This document shows, one piece after another, positions 12,816 through 26,219 of a stretch of DNA of 64,000 nt. The position numbers and the translations under genes are program-made. Numbering within the stretch: position 1 is the first letter of the stretch; every line of letters starts with the position of its first letter. The notes beneath the pieces are model-generated. The model worked only from the letters and a program-made list of their open reading frames with translations. It did not search any database and was not told where the DNA came from. The stretch comes from Eledone cirrhosa (Eukaryota), in NCBI GenBank assembly GCA_964016885.1, contig OZ024748.1, positions 47,988,001 through 48,052,000 on the forward strand, in the 5' to 3' direction.

Positions 12816-14150
12816 CTGAAACCTATTCTACACACACTACCAGCCCACGTCTGCAGCTCAAAGGAGGTCTTGGAGCGACTACACCATCTGGCGCCCAACA
12901 TCAGAAAGGACAACGGTTATGCCTTCAGTCTTGATGTGGTCGCCCTTTATACCTCCGTACCAGCATCCCCAGCCGTCGACCTGTTGACCGAACGAGTCCG
13001 AGCATCTAACTTACACTGCTTCGGACTCACACACACGGACATCCACCAACTCCTCTCCTTCGTTGTGGATAATGCACTCTTCAATTTCCTCGGCCACACG
13101 TACAAACAAATCTCTGGGCTACCTATGGGCTCTAGTCTGTCCGGCATACTTGCGATCTCGTACATGGACCACCTGGAACGCAAGGCACTCAATACCTGCC
13201 AACCCAACGCCGTCGCCTTCTACTCCAGATACGTTGATGACATCCTGATACTTACTTCTTCCCGGGAGATGGCGAATGAAATTCACCAAATCTTCAACGA
13301 TACTGACCATCACGTCGATTTCACCATCGAACACCCAGGAGAAGACGGGTCACTCGCCCTCCTCGACTTCCGTATCAACATCTCGGAAGAATGAGACATA
13401 AACACCACCTTCTACCGCAAAGCAGCGTGCAAGGACTTATTTGTGCATTACAACTCAGCCCTCCCCAACAACGCTAAGAGAGGCTATGTCCTAAATGAAT
13501 TGACACGGATCACTAACAGATGCAGCGACCCGATGGGTGGTCTCACCCATACCACGCAATTCCGTAATCTACTCAGGTCTAATGGATATCCCAAGCGACT
13601 GATTAACGGAATTAGAGACCCCAGACCCAATAGACAGACTCCCACTAGAAACTTAAATAAAAGCAGGTGCTTCTTTAAAATCCCCCACCTGAGTGAATAT
13701 ACCACGAACGCCATCCGCAGGGCCATACGGACGGAGGGACTTGACATACATTTGGCCCACACAGGACCTTCGCTGCGAAGATGCCTCTCCAACAACCCCG
13801 ACGAGTCAGATGGGACGTGTTCCCTCAGCAACTGCCCGATACGGGGTGCAGATTGCCTACGCACCTATGTCGTATATAAGATTCAATGCGATAAATGTAA
13901 CAAGTTTTACATAGGTAGCACCATCCGACCCCTACATGTTCGTATCAAGGAACATATCAACACCAACGCATCTTCCTTCCGTAAACACATCCTTAAATGC
14001 GGAAACCCACAGGGTAGACCCTTGGTCACAGTCCTAGCGACTGAACGCAGCATCGGATCCTTAAGGATAAAGGAAGCACTTGTTATTAAGAACCTCAAAC
14101 CCCCACTTAACAACCGGGCTGAGAGAAATGAGCTGACATGGCTAACTTAA
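12816..14150 (+). pseudogene. Penelope-like RT/GIY-YIG ORF with a single in-frame TGA at 13392-13394
   Basis: ORFs 12870-13394 and 13443-14150 are in the same frame, which is open from 12816. Confidence 0.9.
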
Positions 14151-14931
14151 CCATAGTGACCATTCACAGCCCTTACGGCCTGCTATTTTCACACACACGC
14201 ACGTATATGCATACCCATACGCATACACACACACATCTATATTTATACACGCACACATGTTTTTACAACCTACCACCTTTCACACCCTTTGATTTCCAGC
14301 TTCTACAGCCCACTATCTTTCACACACACACGCACTCACACATATACACACACAGTTACAAACACATGTATACCCATACGCTTACACACACACATCTATA
14401 TTTATACACGCACACATGTTTTACAACCTACCACCTTTCACACCCTTTGATTTCCAGCTTCTACAGCCCACTATCTTTCACACACACACACACATACACA
14501 CTTACACATATACACACACAGTTACACACACATATATATTTACACACACATATTTTACGGCTTTCACACGCTAGCGCACCCTCTTGATTTAACCCATTTG
14601 GTCAGTAGCTTTTGCCAAAGCCTATCACGCGCACGCGCATTCTTTCCCTCATTTAAATTTTAAATAATTTTTCTCCCCATAACGGCATTCCTGTTTTAAC
14701 GACATCACAACTTTCTCCGCTTAGCCTGTTCCCCTCCTTTTGGAACTTTCCCCCGCTGATGGGCGTGAGCCCGAAATATTGGGATTAAATCTCCACTACG
14801 GTAACCCTTCTACCTTTGTTTTGTTTTCATCTTTGTCTCTCTCAATTTTCACTTTATCCTATTTCTCCTATCTATCATTCACTTCCTACCTCGAGATTTC
14901 CCTCTGCATTGTTGTGGCTTTCTAAACTACG

Positions 14932-14937
<6 letters not shown>
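12816..14937 (+). mobile_element. 5'-truncated Penelope-like retroelement (RT + C-terminal GIY-YIG endonuclease) with 3' pLTR
   Basis: SLDVVALYT, QISGLPMGSSLS, RYVDD and LDF RT motifs; Cys-rich linker; VVY...YIG...R...EH GIY-YIG; (TA)n at both ends. Confidence 0.93.
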
Positions 14938-14976
<39 letters not shown>

Positions 14977-14981
<5 letters not shown>

Positions 14982-15405
14982 ATATTAAATAAATGGAAAC
15001 TATATTTATAAAACCATATTTATTTTATTATATATATTTCAAGGGTACCAAGACAACATTGGTACACTTTCATCAGATAAAATACAAACTTTGTTTTATA
15101 AATAGAGAAGTACCCATGGAAATCCTACCTTATCGGTTGGAAATGATTTCCAACCAACAAGGTAGGATTTTCATGGGTACGTCTCTATTTATAAAACAAA
15201 GTTTGTATTTTATCTGATGAAAGTGTACCAATGTTGTCTTGGTACCCTTGAAATATATATAATAAAATAAATATGGTTTTATAAATATAGTTTCCATTTA
15301 TTTAATATCATTGAATATTTACTCCAGTTGCTGTTGAGTGCTCTAAATCAGTTATAAATATTTATATTTGTCGGACTTCCAACAAATTAAATACCCCTTC
15401 TACTT
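14977..15405 (+). mobile_element. Fold-back hammerhead element, relative of 11110-11553
   Basis: ~168-bp near-perfect arms centred on 15145; tail 15314-15405; (TA)n flanks; shares aaatatggttttataaatatagtttccatttatttaatat with the 11110 copy. Confidence 0.8.
15206..15269 (+). ncRNA. Type I hammerhead ribozyme motif (minimal stem III)
   Basis: tattttat-CTGATGA-aagtgtacca...tggtaccctt-GAAA-tatata-TA-ataaaata. Confidence 0.8.
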
Positions 15406-15753
15406 ATATATATATATATATATATATATATAGGAAAAGAGTGAGAACCCGACTGACTCTTTTCATATTACCCACTCAATTACCTTGAGTATTGAGTACT
15501 CTGGTGTGTTATGATCTACCTCATATCTTACCACACCCTTTTTTTTTTATAAATATATATATATATATATAATTATGTATATACGTGTGTACATATGTAT
15601 GTGGGGACATGGCACATACAGACATACATACATACAATTGTCAGTTCGTAGGTTTGATTAAATTCAACACACATTCAAGAAATATATGCTCAATGATGCA
15701 TAATGGTGTAATAAACACATGTATATACACCCTCATGCTCGCATACACACACA

Positions 15754-15811
<58 letters not shown>

Positions 15812-16909
15812 AAAGGCAATCAGAAAGACCAAAGCAAACACACTGTACAATGAAGAAATATATTAGTTTTACGCTTGATATAGTAGGAAAATTGTCCTTC
15901 ATCAGAAAATAGAATGAGAAATTAAAGAAGAAATAGAATGATGGAGAGAGTGAGCAGTGGCAGAAACGAAAAGCTTTTTTTTTTTAGAAAAAACAGGTCC
16001 ATTCAAGTCACCATCTCTTGGAAAACTGTTGATTCTAACGTTGTTGTTGTATAAGAAAATCAGTTTGTCTTGTTTTAAAATGCAGTGATTGAATAGGTTT
16101 AGCTGAAAAGGAAAATATTGTTTTGTATATAGAGAGTGAATGTGTGTGTTTGTGGTTTGTCCAAAGAAAGCTAAGAGGATATGTGTGTGTGTGTATAAGT
16201 TTAAGAGTGTGTGTGTGTGTGTTTAGTTGTAAGTACGAAGGTATGACGATATATGTGTCTAGAATTTTATAAGGGTGTGTATATCATTCGTTACACACAT
16301 GCACACACACATATCTGTAGTTCTATACACACTTGCTCATACACATGCACACATATCTACAGTGACTTATAAACTCACACACACACAAACACTTCTATAG
16401 TCTCTTACACACATAATGATACACACACATATATATATATCTATAGTTGTTTACACATACACAAACACTTCTATTATCTTTTACACACATGCACACGCAT
16501 ATATATATATATAGTCCTCCACACACATTCAAACACACAAACAGTCCTATTGTCCCTTACACAAATGCACACACACACACCATTGCCCTTTATTCTGCAA
16601 TCCTCTTATTGAGCTAAAATGTATGACCCCAAATTGGTGCTGCTATTGTTTCATGGGACAGCATGTCTCCTTAATTCTAAGGCAGAGTGGTCTTCATCCA
16701 CCACCACCAACACTCCCACTACCACCATCAGTACCACCACCACCATCAGTAGCACCACCACCACCACCAAACTCTCCACCCCCTACCCCATCACCCTTTT
16801 TAGCCCCACCATAACCACTATCATCATCAAACCCTCATTGATTCCAACTTACCATTTTGGCTATAGAGAAAATATAGATATGTACATGAATACATATATA
16901 GATACATAC

Positions 16910-16971
<62 letters not shown>

Positions 16972-16978
16972 CATCATC

Positions 16979-17010
<32 letters not shown>

Positions 17011-17047
17011 CATCATCATATATATATATGCACACACATATATATAT

Positions 17048-17112
<65 letters not shown>

Positions 17113-17239
17113 CACACATATATATATATATATACACATATATACATATATATACATACATATATATATATACATACATATATATATACATACATATATA
17201 TATATACATACATATATATATATATACACACACACATAA

Positions 17240-17286
<47 letters not shown>

Positions 17287-17544
17287 TATATATATGTCTA
17301 TATACATATATATATACACACACACATATATGTCTATATACATATATATATATATACACACACACATATATATATATATGTATACATATATATATATATA
17401 TACATACATACATTTATATATATATGTATACATATATATATATATATATATACATGCATACATATATATATATACATATATATATATATACATGCATATA
17501 TATATATATGTATACATAAATATATATATATATATATACATGCT

Positions 17545-17588
<44 letters not shown>

Positions 17589-17696
17589 TATATATACATA
17601 TATATATATATACACACACACATATATATATACATATATATATATACACACACACACATATATATATATGTCTATATACATATGTATATGTATACA

Positions 17697-17733
<37 letters not shown>

Positions 17734-17863
17734 ATATGTATATATGTATATATGTATATATATATATATGTATACATATATATATATATGTATATATATG
17801 TATACATACATATATACATCCATATATATATATATATATATACATACATATATATATATATAT

Positions 17864-18465
17864 GGACTACTGCTCCCAGTTGTGGTCACCCCATAGTGTC
17901 AAACTAACCACGGAGCTTGAGGCAATCCAGCGAAGCTACACCAAGAGGATTGCCAAGATGAGGGAGACAAGCTACTGGGAGAGGCTAAAGGAACTGAACC
18001 TCTACTCCTTGTAGCGAAGACGGGAGAGATATGCAGTGATCTACATGTGGAAACTCCTGAAGGGACTAGCACCAAACTTTGGCATTGGGAGCTGGACCAA
18101 CCGTCGAACAGGACGTCACTGTGTGGTGCCAAAGGTCCCATCTTCCACATCTAGAATAAGGAGCAGGTATTGCAATAGCCTGGGCTTCAAGGGCCCTCAA
18201 CTATTCAACAAGCTGCCGAGGGATCTGAGAGATTTGCATGACGTGGAGGTGGATGTCTTCAAGAAACATCTCGACACCTTGTTATCCAAGATCCCGGATG
18301 AGCCCACAGCAAGACACGAGGGAAACCTAAGGGCAGCAGCAACAAACTCCCTCCTACACCAGTGGCCAACCTATACAGGCTGGAGATAAAATGTGTAGCA
18401 ACAAGGGTGGTGCCCCAGCATGGCCTCAGCCGGATGGCTGAAACAGGTAAAAGAGTAAAAGAGTA
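17864..18465 (+). mobile_element. CR1-group LINE 3' fragment
   Basis: DYCSQLWSP...LEAIQR...[19 protein letters not shown]...; short 3' UTR ending in the repeat gtaaaagagtaaaagagta. Confidence 0.85.
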
Positions 18466-18481
18466 ATATATATATATATAC

Positions 18482-18638
<157 letters not shown>

Positions 18639-18837
18639 TATATACATATATATATACATATATATATACATATATACATATATATATACATATATATATA
18701 TACATATATATATACATATATATATATACATATATATATATATACATATATATATACATATATATATACATATATATATACATATATATGTATTAATTCT
18801 GGCTATATATATATACATATATATATACATACATATA

Positions 18838-18868
<31 letters not shown>

Positions 18869-18906
18869 ACATATATATATACATATATATATACATATAT
18901 ATATAC

Positions 18907-18971
<65 letters not shown>

Positions 18972-18990
18972 CATATATATATATATAAAT

Positions 18991-19029
<39 letters not shown>

Positions 19030-19045
19030 TACATACATATATATA

Positions 19046-19076
<31 letters not shown>

Positions 19077-19267
19077 ACATATATATATACATATATATAT
19101 ATATACATATATATATACATATATATATACATATATATATACATATATATATACATATATATATACATATATATATACATATATATATACATATATATAT
19201 ACATATATATATATACATAAAATATACATATATATATATATACATATATATATACATATATATATAC

Positions 19268-19324
<57 letters not shown>

Positions 19325-19363
19325 TATATACATATATATATACATATATATATACATATATAC

Positions 19364-19445
<82 letters not shown>

Positions 19446-19497
19446 ATATACATATACATATACATATATATACACATATACATATATATATATATAT

Positions 19498-19559
<62 letters not shown>

Positions 19560-19692
19560 TTAGTTATACTATTTATGGTTATGTAAACACAAAACCTTAA
19601 GCAATGTTTGAATATGTATCAATGTTTGAATATGTATTGGTATGTCTCTCGACTGAAAAGGAGGTCATATAACTGTCCATGCATTAATAAAT

Positions 19693-19739
19693 TGCTCCGA
19701 AGAATCCAAACCTCGGTTTGGAGGAAACAGCTGTAAGCA
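19693..19739 (+). ncRNA. Hammerhead ribozyme-like motif with U4C core variant, inside a ~220-bp insert in (TA)n
   Basis: tgct-CCGAAGA-a-tccaaacc-tc-ggtttgga-g-GAAA-cagctg-TA-agca. Confidence 0.65.
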
Positions 19740-19770
19740 CAATAATGTTTTGAACAGTTCTTTGATTCAT

Positions 19771-19865
<95 letters not shown>

Positions 19866-19917
19866 ATATACATATACATATACATATATATACACATATA
19901 CATATATATATATATAT

Positions 19918-20010
<93 letters not shown>

Positions 20011-20067
20011 TACATATATATATATACATATATATATATACATATATATATTTATATATACATATAC

Positions 20068-20100
<33 letters not shown>

Positions 20101-20279
20101 CATATATATATAGGTTTAATCTCTGCCAATTCCTTGGTTTCATCAGACCAACATCTTCCAGTTTTTCTCCTTTAGAAATTATTTTTTAAAGCATAAAAGA
20201 CATTGTGTCTTCTATTATTGTATTTCATCAAACTTTCCCAAAACTACACCAGCTCCAACCATCATACCATTCTTGTCAT

Positions 20280-20890
20280 TGACAAGTCCTCCCCTGAGAC
20301 ACTCACACAATATGACTGGGTGGGGAGGGCTTATTGAGTTGAATTGCCTTTTAGAAATAGCAGCCAAAAGGCGCTTACAATGGTGAAAACAAGTTTTTTT
20401 TTTATTGACAGGCCCTCCTCAGATACATTTAGACAATGTGACTGGTTGGGGAGTTGAATGACCTGTTAAAAATAGCAGCCAAATGTGCCTGCCCCACATA
20501 TGTTTAAGAAGGTTTCTTCATTAACAGGCCCTCTCCTGATACATTTAGACAATGCGTGAGCGAAAGGTCTTATAGAGTTGATTGACCTTTTGAAAATAGC
20601 AGCCAAAAGTCCCTCAGACAAGTGTAACTTGATTCCTTGGTCGCCAGCCCTTTCCCTGATGCACTGACACAATGTGTGTGTGGGGGGGGGAGGGGATTCA
20701 GGAGGTTTATATAGTTTATTGACCTGTTAAAAATAGCAGCCAAAATCCCTCACACTTCTGTAACTAGTTCTCTTCATTGACCTCCCTTACCCTGATGCGC
20801 TGATACAATATGTGTGAGGTGGGGAGGGTCCAAGGGGTTTATATAGTTGAGTGACATGTTAAAAATAACATCCAAAGGTCCCTCACACGT
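20280..20890. repeat. Old degenerate tandem repeat, about five units of roughly 110-140 bp
   Basis: Recurring aaaatagcagccaaa and gacaatgtg motifs. Confidence 0.7.
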
Positions 20891-21243
20891 GTATGTGTGA
20901 CAAGATTAAACCTTTGAAATACTGCTGCAAAACCATTTGAAGCGCTTCCATATATTCTCTGTTACTCACAAGGTTTCGGTCTCACAGCAGGGTTGAACTC
21001 AGCATCATATAGGGCAGGGGTGTGTGGGGCATGATAAAATACACTCAGTAGTAGGTGGGCAAAATATGGGCTCCAGCCAATATGAAAGGTCAGTAGCTCT
21101 ACTTCAGTACTGACCAAGTCTGTGATGACCTGTCTAACCCTTGCTAGAATGGAAATGAAGACGCTAAATGATGATGATGATATGTGTGGCTGACATCATC
21201 ATCATCACCATCATCATTTAATGTCTGTTTTTCTTGCTAGTAA

Positions 21244-21287
<44 letters not shown>

Positions 21288-21297
<10 letters not shown>

Positions 21298-21515
21298 CGT
21301 AAAATAAGAAAATTTTAAAAAATTTTTAAAAATTAACTTACAAAATTTTAGTAAGTAAGTTAATTTTTTAAAATTTTTTTAAATTTTCTTATTTTACGTC
21401 TTTTATATTATTGTTCTGCATCCTCCTGCATTGAACCACCTAGGTACTATGACATAACCTGTGTATTTGCTGGCATTAGCGTACATCTGTACACATATGT
21501 TAGTAGATATACTAA

Positions 21516-21520
<5 letters not shown>
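21288..21520 (+). mobile_element. Fold-back element in (TA)n (palindrome about 21288-21407 plus unique tail)
   Basis: taaaagacgtaaaataagaaaattt... versus ...aaattttcttattttacgtctttta. Confidence 0.65.
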
Positions 21521-21560
<40 letters not shown>

Positions 21561-21631
21561 TATATATATATATATGTATGTATGCATATATATATGTATG
21601 TATATGTGGATGTGTGTATATATATATATAT

Positions 21632-22931
21632 GTGAAGAATTTAGTGTAAAAGTTGGCGTTCACCAAGGCTCTGTCCTTAGCTCCCTCCTATTTATTATTG
21701 CCCTTCAGGCTGTAACAGAGGAGTTTAAGACCGGCTGCCCATGGGAATTCCTATATGCAGATGTTCTAACTCTCATAGCTGAATCTATGGCTGAACTAGA
21801 AAAGAAATTCCAAACATGGAAGCATGGCCTAGATTCAAAAGGCCTTAAAATTAACTTGTCTAAGACTAAAGTTCTAGTTTGTAGAAAGGAAAATAGGGCA
21901 CAGGTGCCCTCAGGGAAATGGCCATGCTCAGTGTGTAGGAAAGGAGTAGGCAGAAATTCCATTTTATGTCCCAAATGCAAACTATGGGTACCTAAAAGAT
22001 AGGTAAACTATCTAAGAACGTAGATTTTATGTGTGGCCGATGCTTAGGTACAATAAGTAACAAGTGCCCATAGGATACTAGCTCCTTCTATTACCCAGAT
22101 GGTTCCATAGAAATAGTGGACACTTTCCATTACCTGGGTGACAAAATCAGCAGTGGGGGAGGGTGCTCTGAAAGTACAGTAGCTAGAGTCAGAACGGGAT
22201 GGAAAAAGTTCAGAGAGCTTATACCACTATTGGCTGCTAAAGGGTTCTCTCTAAAAATGAAAGGCAGGCTGTATGATGCCTGCATACGAACAGCAATGTT
22301 GCATGGCAGTGAGACATGGGCATTGTATGCAGAGGACCTGTGCAGACTGGAAAGGAACAAAGCATGCATGCTCCGTTGGATGTGTAATAGTAATATACGT
22401 GAACAGCAAAGCATAAATGAACTAAGTGAGAAATTAGGAATAAGCGAGATCAGATGCTGTTTACTTCAGAGAAGACTACGTTTGTATGGTCACGTGATGG
22501 GCACAAAAGACGACAGCTGTATAAAAGTGCAGGGCGATCAAAATTGATGGTAGTTATAGAGTAGATAGACCCAGAAAAACCTGGGACGATTTGATAAATT
22601 CCAACCTTACACACTTATACCTCTCTAAGACAATGTCACTGGACCGAGATCTTTGGTGCTACGCAGTAATACAGAAGACCCGCCTTGCCTATGTACAAAC
22701 CGAAATCTAGTCAGTAGGCACCTCTTAACCAAATATACACCCCAATCTACTACCCCTACCAACACCACCCTCTCTCTGTAAAGTTGGTACCACAACATCC
22801 AGCCGTAGAAAACCTGCCAGATAGTCCTATATGAGCGAGACACGGCCACCTGACCAGCCTTGCCTCAAGTGGGACAACTCCCATCTAATCCATGCTAGCG
22901 TGGAAGATGGACGTTAAATGATGATGATGAT
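21632..22931 (+). mobile_element. 5'-truncated RTE-clade LINE, decayed, with Cys-rich insert and (TGA)n tail
   Basis: GVHQGSVLS, LYAD, FHYLG, HGSETW and RLRLYGHV motifs; 3' end ggacgttaaatgatgatgatga. Confidence 0.9.
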
Positions 22932-23053
22932 GTATGTGAGTCTATGTGTATATATGTATGTATATGTATGTATATATATATATATATATGTGTATATTTA
23001 TATATATATATGTGTATATTTATATATATATATAGAGAGAGAGAGATAGATAG

Positions 23054-23107
<54 letters not shown>

Positions 23108-23479
23108 CTGTGTGTCTGTTTGGTAGTGTGTGTCTGGCAGTCTTCCATTTACCAAACTTATTACATTTTCTGTTACCAGAGAACTGTAGAACTCTAGAAC
23201 TGTAGAAACGGCTGTAAAAGGAGAAATGGTAGACATTTAAGAATCTGTAAACTGGCATGTCACTAGTTTAAAATTGGTGTTTTTTCTTAAGGATGTATTT
23301 TAATAAAGTTCTCAGCAGTAGACTTCCATTGATGCTTATCTCACCAATTCCACAGACTCTAAAGGTACTAGTGTCTTCTTTCATTGGAATCTCACTTCAC
23401 ATTCTCTCTCTCTCTCACTTCATCTCTATAGAATCTTTTCATTTATTAATGATTGATTCAGCTGTGAGGATCAATGTAA

Positions 23480-23511
<32 letters not shown>

Positions 23512-23518
23512 TATATAT

Positions 23519-23649
<131 letters not shown>

Positions 23650-23693
23650 TCACACACACACAAACATATATATATATATATATATATATGCAC

Positions 23694-23784
<91 letters not shown>

Positions 23785-23794
23785 CACACACACA

Positions 23795-23856
<62 letters not shown>

Positions 23857-23894
23857 CGTAAATATATATTTATATATGTAGGGGTATATGTGTG

Positions 23895-23927
<33 letters not shown>

Positions 23928-24148
23928 ATATGTATGGATGGATGTGTGTGTATGCATGTATGTATGTACATTGTATGTGGTTGCTGGTGGGCAGGAAGTA
24001 TGTGTGTGTGTGGGGGTGGGGGGGTATGTTGTGGTGGTGGCGAATGCTTGTGTGTGGGTGTGTCTTATATTGATAATGATGATGATGGTGGTTATTGTTG
24101 GGGGTGGTAGATGTTGGTGTTTGTTGATGGTAGTAGTAGTAGTAGTAG

Positions 24149-24255
<107 letters not shown>

Positions 24256-24534
24256 TTGGTTCAGTGCCAAAATCAAATCTTTACTCATTCACTACCACTG
24301 CACCTTATCACACCACACCACCCTACCTTACCCCCACTCCATCACCATCTTCCAATACCCAATCCTACCTTTCTCAGGTGAGAAACCATCAGAAATCAAT
24401 ACTTGGCTGTCTTTGGTGAGAGGAACAAAATATCAAGTTATAGTTTCAATTTTTTTTAAAGCTGAGAATTAAAAAATATTATTAATTAAATATAAATATA
24501 TATATATAAGACATATGTTTATTTATTTATATGT

Positions 24535-24680
24535 CTTCATGCATTAGCACCAAGACCAAGCTCCGCCTGTACAAGGGCATCGTGCTGCTGACAGTGTTTT
24601 ATGCAAGCGAGACCTGGAAGAGTACGGCAAAAATAGAGAGACGGCTGAACGCTTTCCACCAGCGGTGCCTGCAAAAGATG
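24535..24680 (+). mobile_element. RTE-like LINE RT fragment
   Basis: ISTKTKLRLYKGIVLLTVFYASETW...RRLNAFHQRCLQK. Confidence 0.8.
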
Positions 24681-24682
24681 AT

Positions 24683-24755
24683 TATGCACACCAAACATGC
24701 TAGCAGAAAAACCACCCGAAGGGTAGTTTTTCTGCTAGCATGTTTGGTGTGCATA
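24683..24755. repeat. ~35-bp-arm palindrome at the end of the RTE fragment
   Basis: tatgcacaccaaacatgctagcagaaaaaccaccc-gaa-gggtagtttttctgctagcatgtttggtgtgcata. Confidence 0.9.
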
Positions 24756-24832
24756 TTGATATTATATGCAGGTATATACATCAAATAAAATCGTAATTGA
24801 CAATATATAATATATAGAAATTGAACAAAGAC

Positions 24833-25100
24833 TGCGTTACACTGTCTTATTTAATCATCATCACATCATCATCACCGTTTTACGTCCGTTCTTCCACGCT
24901 AGCATGGGTTAGACGGGTTGTCCTGTTGTGGGCAGTGTCTGGTCGGCTGACCATGCCTTGCTCATACAGGAGCAAGGCATGGTCAGCCGACCAGACACTG
25001 CCCACAACAGGACAACCCGTCTAACCCATGCTAGCGTGGAAGAACGGACGTAAAACGGTGATGATGATGTGATGATGATTAAATAAGACAGTGTAACGCA
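24833..25100. repeat. Perfect 131-bp-arm palindrome made of a SINE-B/RTE 3' end plus about 22 bp of non-SINE sequence
   Basis: Arms 24833-24963 and 24970-25100; loop atacag. Confidence 0.95.
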
Positions 25101-25659
25101 TGTCACTAGTTTAAAATACTGATATTTAATCAGTAACGTAATCCATGTTATATAACTATTGGCGCCATATTGGGGACATACATTTCGTTAGTCCTGAGGA
25201 CAAACTTGTTCAACCTGTGCCCTTGAAAATGAACCAGAAAATGTTTACTCAGAAAAGAAATAGAGAATAATAGAGATAAAAAAGTAGATACCCAAACAAG
25301 GGCAGGTAATTATCTGAATGGTCTAGGGGAAATAATTTAACTGAAAAAAAGTGAACAAACACTAACTAGCTAATAGATAGAGGAGGCTAGAAAATAATGA
25401 ATAAGTTAGGAATGATTTTGGGAGAAACACATAAATCAATAGTAAAGAGGTTTGTTCTTAAAAAGGTACTTAGAAATGGGAGAACATCACTAGATGAACT
25501 TTGTATGCTTATTAAGCAGTTTGTTACTGTTGTGGAGATTATTCAATATCCACCATTTTTCCTCATTGCATAACCTGTAGGGATTGAGCCCATCTATATA
25601 TGGTCAAGATTTTTCCATTATCTTCCATTTGTAAAGTAATTGTGATGGTGACATGACAA

Positions 25660-25932
25660 AAAGTGCCCAGCCTACACTTTAAAGAGATTATGATGGCAAC
25701 ATGGCAAAAAGCACACAGCCCACACTGTAAAATGGTCATGTAGGTGTCACAAGAAGCACCCAGTACTCACTGTAAATGAGGTTGGCATTAGGAAGGGGAT
25801 CTAGCCATAGAAACCAAGCCAAAATCAGTTCTGTATGAGCAAGACATGGTAACCTGACCTGGCATTGCTCACAACAGCACAAATCGTCTAACCGTCTAGC
25901 GTGAAATAATGGATGTTAAATGATGATGATGA
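25660..25932 (+). mobile_element. 3' part of SINE family B
   Basis: gcacccagtactcactgtaaatgaggttggcattaggaagg...ggatgttaaatgatgatgatga. Confidence 0.75.
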
Positions 25933-25942
25933 AAATATATAT

Positions 25943-25999
<57 letters not shown>

Positions 26000-26005
<6 letters not shown>

Positions 26006-26183
26006 CACACACAGACATAAACACATCTACACACAGGCAGACAGACAGACACACACACAGACATACATACACTTGTGTAGTTCTTCAATGTAAATCATAT
26101 TTTGAGAGAAGTGTATGACCAATGACACGCACACACAGGGATATACACACATACACAGGCAGACAGACACATAAATACACACA

Positions 26184-26219
<36 letters not shown>

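Noticed and set aside
13392-13394. In-frame TGA as selenocysteine readthrough, as reported for some Naiad PLEs
   Set aside because: The context ISEE*DINTTFYRK is not a Cys-like position, a GGA>TGA point mutation is simpler, and I could not identify a SECIS.
20112-20280. Minus-strand tggtctgatgaaaccaag as Tc1 'WSDETK' or a hammerhead core
   Set aside because: Neither a surrounding transposase frame nor the ribozyme stems could be found.
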